Shown piece after piece: positions 22,201-34,200 of a stretch of 64,000 bases of DNA. Below the pieces are notes generated by a model, which worked only from the letters and a program-made list of their open reading frames with translations, was not told the DNA's origin and did not search any database. The translations under genes and the position numbers were made by a program. The stretch comes from an uncultured Clostridia bacterium (GTDB taxonomy: Bacteria > Bacillota > Clostridia > TANB77 > CAG-508): contig CANPVP010000007.1 of the NCBI GenBank assembly GCA_947581825.1, forward strand, positions 7,543 through 71,542, in the 5' to 3' direction. Position 1 is the stretch's first letter. The number at the start of each line of letters is the position of its first letter.

Positions 22201-25200
22201 GGCAACAAAATAGAATCTTTTGATAAAATTGGAGATACAAGTAAAATATTATTTACAATTTCAGAAGTAGGACAAAGTAATGGTCAAAACGATAGCAATT
22301 CTAGTCTTCATACAGTAAAAATTCCTAATATGCCAACTTATAATTTACAAGCTGAGAAAAAAGAAGAATTCAATGGTCAACTTAACAATGTAGATATTAA
22401 TGGAATCAGCTTTACTGGAAAAATCAGAAAAGGTGGAGTTAATGAAAATGGAGATGTAATTCAAAATGGACAATCTGCTAATGCTAAAGAATTAGATGTA
22501 AGAAACTTCACAGTATATCTAAAAGAATATACTTCAAATGGACTTAAGAGTGTAATGGTAAGTGCTGAAGGAATAGATACTCATAGTGCTTTCTTTGATG
22601 AAAGTGGAAACTTAAATAATAATGCTCAAACATTTACATTAGTATTAGAAGAAGCATCTAATGGAAAATATGCAATAGAGCATCCTATAGAAATTGAATA
22701 TACTTGCCAACCTGATACAGACAATGGTATATGGAAAACAGAATATAAAAAGATAAAATTTAATGATAAAACAGTAGATATACCTGCAGGTCAAGAAACA
22801 GTACTAATAGATACAGAAGAATTAGGAATTCAAGTAGCTAAAGATGGACATCTTATCCTTATAAATAAATATAAATTTGAACCAATTCAAATTTTATTAC
22901 AAAAGAAAGATGAAAATGGAAAGCTTATAGATGGAATTAGTTTCGAAGGACTATTAGAGCAAGATGAATCAAAGCTTATGGCAGGAAAAGAACCAAGAAA
23001 GATAGCTTTTGGAGTAAAACCAGTTTATGGTAAAGTAACAGAAATAGATCCAATAACAACTGGTGAAAAAATTGCTCCTGATGGAAAACAGTATAATGGT
23101 GTGGCTGTCTTAGATAATATAGACTTTGGAGGTGCTGTAAAACTTACAATTACAAAGGAATATTGGAAAGATCCAACAGATAAACCAGCACTTAACTTCC
23201 AAGAAGAACCTATAGAAATTTCTGGTATGTACATAGCAGAGTATAAAAAGGGAAATGTTACATATAGAAAATTAACAGTTCCTAACAATAAAATAACAGT
23301 AAAAGTAGGAAATGGAGAAGCAAAAGAAGTCGATATAACTAAAACAGAGGCTCTTAATGAATTTGTATCTTTCAGCTCTGATGGAAATGTTTCAACATTC
23401 TATATTACAAACCAATATAAGAGATACAACTTAGATGGTAATGATGAAGACAAAGACGATACTCCACCGCCTTTCTCTGATAAAGTAATAAGAGACGTTC
23501 AAGGTAATGATACTGAATACAAAAATGAGGATAAAAAAATACAATTTACAGGTATAATAACAGATAGCAATGGCGAAGTATTACAAAATGATGTAAAAGT
23601 AACATTTGAGAAAAAGGAAACACAAAATGCAGAAGGAAAAGAAAGCAAAGTATCAATTAAAGCACTAGACATAAACGGAAGCATATCTGGAAAAGACGAA
23701 AATGGAAAAGAAAAAGAATTTAAACTTGTTCTTAAAGAAAATACTGATGATGAACCTATAACAGTTATCTATACTTGTACTTATGATAGTAGTTCTGATG
23801 AATTTACAGCAAATATTATAGGATATGAGTATAAAGGAATTAGATATAATAAAGACGATAAGGAAAATAATCCTGAACAAAAAGACGATATAGTTCCAGG
23901 ACGTGTAGATAATGATGGTAGCCTAATAAACTATAATAAATTATATATTCCTATAACAAAGCATGATGAAAAAGGAAACCTTGTTAATGGCGTTGTATTT
24001 AAAGGAACAGTAGAATATCCAAAGGATGAAAATGGACATCCAACAAAATTTGGAGAAAATGGACAGAGCTCATGGGATTTCGAAACAGTAACAGGTGGAA
24101 AATATTATGATTTTGCAGAAGACGAATATAAAACAGCTCCAGATGGTGTTGCAGTAATTGTAGTTCCATATGAAATGGATGGCGATTTTATAGTTACAAT
24201 TACAGACGAATATTGGGGAACTAAAGAAGACGATACATGGACAACTACAAGAGGAACAATGCCAGATGAACAACCTTATGACCTAGAATTTATGGAAGTT
24301 GATGCAGCAATCAAAGGTTATAGTGTAAAAAAGGAAAAAGTTGATGAATGGAAAACTGTTTCAAAACTTTACTATAATGGAAATAAAGTTGAATATACAG
24401 TAGAAAATATGGAAGATGAAGCAGTTAATGTAACAGCTTATAACTATATAGATGTAGACAAAGATGGTCATATTAAGTTTGTAAATGATGAAATCAGATA
24501 CAACTTAGATGAAAACACAAAACCATTATTTGATGAAAAGATTAAAGTAGATTCTTTAGGTAATGCATTCCAAGTAAAAGATAATATATCTTTCACAGGA
24601 TATATAAAAGATACAGATGGAAAAACACTTCAAGAAGGACAATCAATCAACGAAGAAATTAGAGATAAAGACAAATTTACAGTTGGACTAGATAGCGAGG
24701 GAAGAATTATTGCTACTGATATTTTAGGTGAAATATCAGGTGATGAAAATACAGAATTCTATTTTGTACTACAAGAATTAGGAGAAGGCGAAGGACAACC
24801 ATTAGAGATTACAGTAATTTATACTAGCGTATATAATAAACAAACAAGAACATTCGATATAACTATTAAAGGATACGAATACAATGGTGAACGTTATGAT
24901 ATAACTACAGAAACAGGTGATAATACATTTAATGAAATAGTTAAAGGATACGTTTGGCATAAACAAGAAAATGGAGAAGAAAAAAGAGACTTAATAAATG
25001 TATTAGAAACAAGTATTCCATTAATAAAATATGAAGAAGCTAAAAAATCTGAAGGTGGACAACCAATACTTAGAAATGGAATCCAATTTACAGGAAAAGT
25101 AGAGGCTGTAGAAGAGAGAGTCGGTTCAAATGGTATAAAAGAATATACAACTAAGAAAAATGCAGAAGGAAACGAAATTTCTCAATACTTTAAAATTGTA

Positions 25201-28200
25201 ACAGGTGAAAAACAAAAAGACATAAATGGTCAAAATTGTAAAGATCCAAAAACAGGATTAGAATATCCATCATATGATGGTGTAGCTACAATCTACGGAA
25301 TTACTAAAGATTATGTTGGTAAAGTTAGAATAACTATTACTGAGGAAAAATGGAAAGATGGTAAAGAATTATCACCAAAAGAAAATGAAGTTAATTTCGT
25401 TGATGACATTATTGAAATTATTGTAGATGTAAAAGAACAAACAGAACAAGATGGAACAAAAAAATTAGTTGTTGACTATGGAGAAAACTTAAATTGGAAT
25501 ACATATAGCAAAAACTCAACAACTGAAAATAGCAGTTTATCAGAAGAATTAAATGAAAAAATAGAGGAAGTAATAAAAGCAAAAGGACAATCTACAACAG
25601 AAAATTATAAAGTAAAAGAAAATGATGAATTTGCATCAGCACTTTTAGATATTGACACATACAATAATGACAAGAAACAAGATGATGTTATCGGAATTAA
25701 AGTTGTAAACGAAGTTAAAACTTACGATATTGAAATACCAAAAGTAGTTGAAGTAGAAAAAGATGGTAAGAAGACATATAGAGCGTTAACTCCAGAAGAA
25801 GCTGCAGAACTTAGATTTACAGCTAAGATTTATGATTCAACTTATAATGGAGAAAATACAGATGCAAAACCAATACAAGAACTTGATGGAAATCATGTAA
25901 GAGTAGTTGTTCTTGATGAAAAAGGAAATGAAATAAAAGAGGGAACAACAAATCAAGAAAATAACAATAATAAAACAAAATCAGTTATTAGAGTTTCTGG
26001 AATTAGAGGTTCTATAATAGGAGAAAGTTTAACACTTGTTTTACATGAAGAGGCATCTGGAGGAATTCAAAAAATAGAAAAAGACATCCAAGTTACATAC
26101 AAATATACTAATAATGAAGCTGATAAGGATGGAAAACCAGAATTATTAAAATTCAAAGATCCAAATGTGGAAAATGGAAACGGTATAATAGATGTTAAAC
26201 TAATAGAAAAAGAAGATAAAAATGAAGAATTTAAAGAAACTAATGTGTCTACAAATCCATATTTAGTAGTAACTGATGAGGGTGTAGCAATTGTTCAAAA
26301 AGAAAAAGAAACAACTCTTGCAATTAAAAAAGTTAAAAAAGTAAAAGATACAAATGGAAATGAGGTAGAACAACCTGTTTCTGGTATCAAATTTACTATA
26401 AGAGTTTGTGGAAGTTGCGAGAAAGAGTGTGCTAAAGACCCATTAAAATGTACATGCGGAGATGATTGCACAAAATGCAAAACATTAACTGCAACTTCAG
26501 ATGAGCATGGATTAGCAGAATTTACAGGAATAACAGAAACTGGCGAAGTTAAAGTAGTTATTCTAAAAGAAGAATGGGATACTACACAATTAACAGAAGC
26601 AGAAAAAGAAGGAAATGACAAGATTGAGTTTATTAATGAACCAGTTGTAATTTCTGGAATTAAAATAAAAAAAGGCAAAGAAGAAGAAAATGCCAATATA
26701 GTAGATTATACCAATGCACAAGTAGTAGAAAGCAGTGGAGAAAGCAAAGCTAGTAGCCATGTAAGTATAAATAAAAACTTTGGTATTCAAATTGTATTTA
26801 AAAATGATACTGCAACATATGATTTAGAGGCATTTGATAGCAAAGTTACAAACTACAATGGAACAATAGAAAAAGTATTGAAAGATGTTACTTTTGAAGC
26901 TGTTATAGCAAAACATAAAGACGGTGCACCTGATATAACCATACCAGATGGAAATACTACATTTAACTTAAATGACGTATATGAAAGAAGTGATAAGGCA
27001 GAAGATAAATTACAATATATCGGTCCATTTGGAATAAGCAGTGATGGAAAAATAAGAGTAGAAGGCATTAAAGGAACAATAGCAAAACAAGTAAAAGCTG
27101 AAGAACAACAAACACAAGCAAATAGTACTGAAACAGAAGGTACATATGATGTTATATTAAGAGAAGTATCATCAAATATGACACCAAATTCAGATGAATC
27201 AACAGATGGAGAAAAAACAGAAGAGATTAAGAGACCAATTATAAAAATTGTATATACTTCTACATGCATAACTGATAAAAATGGAAATAGCTCATTTAAA
27301 ACAGAAATAAAAGAGTATGTATGGAAAGATAGCGAAGGAAAATCACATAAATACATTCCAAATTCAAAAGTACAAGTAGTTGATGAAGGACCAGCAACAA
27401 CATTAGAAACAAATAATAATGTTGCTAATGGAAAAGAAATTGAATTACAGTATTCTGAATCATTTGGAGAAGTATTATATGTTCATAAAGATGGAAAAGT
27501 AAGTTTAATTAATACTGAAAAAAATCCAGTTGCAATTAACTTAAAGAAAGTAGATAGTAATGGAAATCCAGTTAGAGGAATTAAATTTACAGGAAAAGTA
27601 ATTGCATTATTAAATGTAAACGATAAAACTTTAATTCCTAAAGAAGAGCTTACTGATACAGAAAATGGACAATTAATGCAAAAGAGAATTGAATTTAACT
27701 TTGGTGGAAACGATACAAATTCTGGTAGAACAAATTATAGTGGTGTAGCTTTACTTGAAATACCTGAAGATGAAATATTCAATTATGAAGGTGAACTTAA
27801 AGTTGTAATCACTAACGAAGAATGGGTAGATAGCACCAATAAACCTGTATTAGGATTCCCTAATGAGCCATTTGCAATTACTGGATTAACTCTAAAAACT
27901 GATCCACAAACACATAAGAGCAGAATAGAGTATGGAGATATAAAAGTTGAAAAATGTGATGTAAATGGAAATACACAAGAAGGAGAATCTGCATATAAAA
28001 ATAAAGTAAAGAAATATAGTGTTGATGATGGAGAACAACAAGGAACAGAAATATTAGGAGTTTCTGTAGAAAACCCAATCTTAGACTATGATTTAGATTT
28101 AGGTTATAAATTATTAAAATCTGGAGATGAACTTATACCTTTAAAAGAAGGTGTTGGATTTAAAGCTCAAGTATACAAAGATGGAAAAAAAGAAGCAACA

Positions 28201-31200
28201 CAAAAACCTAATCAAGAACCTGATGTAGTGCTTAATGCTGCAGACGGAAAGATTACAGCCAAAGCAATAAAAGGTGATATTATAGGTAACGATATAGAAT
28301 TAATATTAACAGAAACAGAAAACGGACATATTGTAAAAGATATGGAAATTACGATAGTATACTCATACAATCCAGATGGAAACCCAAATGATAAACCTAC
28401 TATAACAGAATACAAATGGAAAGAAAAACAAGAAGATGGAACAGAAGTTGATAAATCATATAAAGTACCACAAGATGGTACAACAGGCGGAGATGGAGAA
28501 GAAGCTAAAAATACACAAATTGGTAACATGATTTATACAAATTACAAAGAATTAGTAGGTATTATAAATGAAGTTATTCCAAATCCTTTAGATATTCAAA
28601 TTGAGAAGAGGGATAGCAATGGAGCTACTGTTGCTGGTATCAAATTCGAAGGAAGAATAGTTGCAGTAGATAAAAATGGACAAGAAAGAAAAGATGAAAA
28701 TGGTAAGGCTATAGAGAAAACATTTACAACAACTATAGATAAAGAAGATGGTACACAGGAAACTCTAAATTGGATTACAACAGATACAACAGGTATAGCA
28801 AAATTACACTTAACCAAAGAGGAAGTTAATAAATTTGCTGGAAATATTAAAATTGAAATAAGCAAAGAAGATTGGAGCACAGACGATAGAGATCCATTAA
28901 AAGTAGATCCAGAACAACGTACACCATTGGACTATATTGATGGAACAATTGAAATTACTGGTAAGAAGATTAATGTTGAAGAGAATAGCCAAAGCAGTAT
29001 AATAAATGATGGAGAAGTAACAGTAACTATTAAGAATAATGGAAAAGACGTTACAGAGCAATATAAAGATAGAGTTGATGCAAAGGCTCCAGGAGAAATA
29101 TCTGTAAGCATGAAGAATATTATTAAAAAATATGATTTAGAATTGTTTAATAAGAAGATTATAAATGTAAATGAAGAAGAAGTACAAATTAAAGGAGACA
29201 TTACATTTACAGGAGAAATTAAACAAAACGACAAAACATATCCTATTACTATAGCTTTTGGACCAGAAACAAATGGTGCAATTATTGCAAAAGATATCAG
29301 AGGAGAGATAGTAGGAGAGAATATTACACTTTCAGTTAAAGAAGAAAAAACAATTTCTGGAATTATTCCAGTAGATATTGATATAGTATATTCTTGCTCA
29401 TATAATGATGGTAAGTTTATAACAGCAATATCAAAGAAAACAATTAAAGACCAAAATACAGGAGAAATTCTAAAAGAAATAAATGGAACAGATGAAAATG
29501 GAAATGTATTAGAGGAAGACGTTGTTAGAACAGGTGTTGAAATTCCAATTAAAAAGGTTGACCAACAAGGAAAACCAGTAGAAGGAATTAAATTCACAGG
29601 ATATGTAATATCAAACAACAAAAATAGCAAAGATGAAGGTGTAGCTTTTAATGTAACAACTAATGAATATGGTATTGCAAATATAGCACTTAAAGCTGAT
29701 TATTCAAATAAAGATAATGTTATAGACGAAATAAAAGATAAAGGTCTTTTAGGAAACTTCAAAGTTGTTATAGAAAAAGAAGAGTGGGCAGAAGGTGCAG
29801 AAGCAACATGGAGAGCAATTCCTGGAAATGAACATAGAAAACTTAAATTTGTAGCAAATAATACAGAGATTGCAGGTTTTGAAATGCAAGAAGCTATTTC
29901 TGAAAATATAGTTATAAGAACTGTATTATTCGATAAAGCAACATGTAACAATACTCATGTTCAGGTAGATAAAAATAATATTACAATTAATGTTGATAAC
30001 CCAGACTTAACATATGATATACCATTTATTAAAACAGATGAATTAATGAATGAAGAAAATAAAGATAAAGTAAACAGATTAGCTAATATAGAATTCTATG
30101 TTACAATCGAAAGTGGTAGTGATAAACAAGAATTTAAACCAAAGACAGATGAGAATGGTATGTTTACATTAGAGAATATTCACGTATTTAGTAGTGATAC
30201 AACTCCTGTAACACTAACAATGAAAGAATTACCACCAGCTGATTTAGGAATACAAATATTAAAAGAACCAATAGTAATTACTTACTATACAGTAGTAAAT
30301 AATGAAACTGGAGAAGTTTCTTTTAAAGATGTTAAAATAGTTCAAAATGGTACTGAACAAAATGATAATAATACTGATAAAATAGTAGATTATATACAAG
30401 TAACTTTAGGAGATAAAGAATATAAATTAATCAACATTGTAAACCATAAAGCATATTCAATTACTTTAGACAAGAAAATTCGTGTTAATGGCAATGAAGA
30501 TAATAAAGTAAAAGATGTAATAGAAGAAATAGGATTTACAGGTTGCGTTACTACAAATCCAGAAAGATTTGGAGTAACACAAAGTAAAGATGAATCTGGT
30601 AATATTCAATATAAGATTGATAAAATTGCATTTGAAGCTAATTTAAACCCAAGTGCAACTAAAGATCTAACAGATACAATATATTTCAGCGGAACGACAG
30701 CAAACGGAAAATTAGAAATACCAGATATAACATTCTATGATAGACAAGTTTATGTAATATTTAAAGAGTTCTTTGTTAATGGCAAAGAACCAAGCTCAAT
30801 GGAATGTACTGATGAAGTTATGGTGGCATCATTTAATAGAAGAATATCAAATGTAGAGTCAACAAGTACATCATCAGATAATGTAACATTTACAAGTATA
30901 GAACCATTAAATATAAGCATTCAAGTTGTAAATGAAGCTATAAACTATAAAGTAAAATTGAAAAAAGTAGATACTGATGATAAAAGTAGATTAATAGATT
31001 ATAAGGGTTCTCAATTTACAATAACTTTAAAAGAACTAGAAGATGATAAAGAGGTTACAGAAACAACAGATCAAGTAACATTAGTATTTGACGAGGAAGA
31101 AGAGATTGATAAAACTCTATCTACAGCTCTTCCAAGTAAATATATAGTTGGGGCACAATTAGTAACAGAAACAGACGAAAATGGAAATGTAAAATTAGAT

Positions 31201-34200
31201 ACAGATGGTACTCCACTAAAATATATTGAATTAGAGCTTAATAAATTTGGTAATAATCTACAACTAGTAGCAACAGAGGATAAAGCACCAGCTGGATATG
31301 AAGCATATAATGGAGATATAGTAATTACATATTCGACACCAGAGCCAGGAGAAAACAAAGAAAATAGTAATATAACAATTAAAGAAATTGTTGGGGAAAG
31401 TGTTACAGCAACTACAAGCAATGACAATAATGTATTAAGTTTAAACTTTGAACTGCCAAATAGTCCTAAACCATATCCATTAGAATTCTTTAAAGTATCT
31501 AAAGAAACAAATAAAAAATTAAATAATATTCAATTCCAAATACTATTTATGAGAAAAATTGATTCTGAAAATTGGGAAAGAATCTTAGAAGACAAGGGAA
31601 GATTATTTAATACAGTAGCTGGAAAGATAACTATACCAGATATTCACAATTATGGAACATATTATATGGTATTAAAAGAAACTGAAACACCTAAAAATAC
31701 AGTAAGATTAGAAGGATATCATATAGTTGAAGTAAATGCGGAGATAGATAAAACTCCAACTCTAATATATAAAGGAACTTTTGCAGAATATGGATATACA
31801 GATAAAGAAACTCTTGTTGATAATGATGAAACAATAAAACAAGTATTATTAGATGCTAAGAATGCTATTGAAAACAATTTTGTAGAAATACAAAAAAATA
31901 ATTTGACTGAAAAATACAAAGCATATTTCAAAAATAAGACTGAGGCTAATGATAACTTCTACTTTACAGTTGAAAATGATTCATCAATAGATTATAAGAT
32001 AAACGTTTTGAAGAAGGACATAAGTAATCATGATAAAGATTTGGATGGAGCAATGTTTGACTTATACTTAGTAAAAGCTAACATGCCATATACAACAGAA
32101 ACTAACTTAATACGAGAACAAGACAGAAAAGGAGAAACTGTTGATGGTAAAATTACTCTTGATTTAGGATATAGTGAAGAACATTATAGTAAAAATACAT
32201 ATACTGAAGAACAGATAGAGGCTATAAGAAATGGAACAAATACTGAAGCTTTAGGCGATATGCTTAAATTGGTATTAGTAGAAACTAATCCACCAAAAGA
32301 CTATAAATCAGAATTTAGCAGAATAGAAGTAACATTCTATACTCATGATGGTAAAGATATTAAAATCATAGATATAAAAGTATTTGATGAAGTAGGAAAT
32401 GAAATAGAGAATAAGTATGCAGAGTATGTTGATAGAAATGAACCAAAAGAAGCAGAAATTACTTTAGCAGCATACAATACTAAGAAAATAGGGGTTCCAT
32501 TACAAATTAAGAAAGTTTATTACAAAGAAGTAGTAGTAGAAGAAAATGGACAAAAGGTAATAAAGAAGATAGAACAACCTCTTGAAGGTGCAGCTTTCTC
32601 TGGTGTGGTTTATGAGAAAGGAAAAGTAAAAGCGGGTACTGAATTTAGCAACGTTACAACTAATAAAGATGGTATTGCTAACCTTGGAGAGTTCTATGTT
32701 GAAGGTGATATTGTAATAGATATTACCGAAGTTAAAGTGCCTGCAGGATTTGAAGAAATAGATGAAACTAACATAGAATGTACAGTAGATGGAAAGAAAA
32801 TAACAGATTATTCTATTTCAACAAATGCTGTAGAAGAGATAGATTGGGTAAATGAAACAAACCAAATAAAAATAATAGAAGGTGTTGATATTAAGTATGA
32901 TATATCTTTACAAGGTTTTGTTTGGGAAGATAGACCAGCAGACACTGGAACAAAACATGAAGATGACTATACAGTAAAAGGTGTAGCAACTGAGGGCTTG
33001 TATGATGACGGTGTAGATTTAAAAATTAAAACAACTGATAAGGAGAATAATCCAACAACAGAGATATCTGATGTTGAAGATGGTGTTATAGTTAATTTGT
33101 ATAATTATGATACTGGAGAACTTTTACAACAAACGACTACATACGATGATGGCTTATATACATTTAAGATTTCAGATCCATTTGCAAAATACTATGTTAC
33201 ATTTGAAATGCGTGGAAAATATAACTATGATAATTATGAGAATGTTAAATTCTTAGTAAAATCAATTGAAACTGAACAACAAAATGGAGTAGAAGAGAAT
33301 AAAATTAATCAATATAATAACATTAATGATGCAATAAGTGCAGCAGAAGGAAATTTGGAAAGCTCTAATTGGATGTACAATTCAAAAGCAATTTTGGACG
33401 AGACAACTGATAAGAATCAAAAATTAGATCAAAATACAGCAGTAACTACTAATAAGAATACAGCTAGTGGTAATAGAAATACAGTTCGTCCAGAAAATGT
33501 ACAAGCATATCCAATATATGATTATTTCACTATACAGAATGATAATAAACTTGGAATGTTTGTTGTCTACAAACAAATTTCAGGAAATAATACAAATCCT
33601 GATTATACAATAGCTAATGTACAAGAAGATAAAAATCCAAATGTGGAAGGATATACTCCAATAACATTTGAAATATTAGATCCAATACACAAATATATAA
33701 ACTTTGGAATTGTAGAAAAAACTGAATTCTGGCTAACATTAGAAAAATACGTTGAAGAAATGAAAATGACATTAGGAGATGACAAGAACGAAACACCATA
33801 TACGTATGAATTTGGTAAATATGAAGGCGACAAGATGTATACTTTAAATATAAATAAAGCAGATTTAGGAAAATTAAAGAATTTAGATATTATCTATAGA
33901 ATAGATGTTTTAAATGAGAGTATAACTGATGGAACATTAAAATCAATAGCTGATTATTATAATTCAGATATTATGGAATATGCAGGATATGCTATAAATC
34001 TAAAGGCTGATTCAGAAGGAAAAATAGACTTCGATAAAGTTAATTGGAATACAGATAAAATGCCTGAAGATCCAACCCATAAAGAAAATCTAATTCCAGA
34101 ACAATGGTCTACTGATGACGTTATAATTCAGAGAGCACAAGCAACTACAGGAAAGCAAATAATTGAATTGAAGCCAACAGATCAATATATAAGCAGTCAT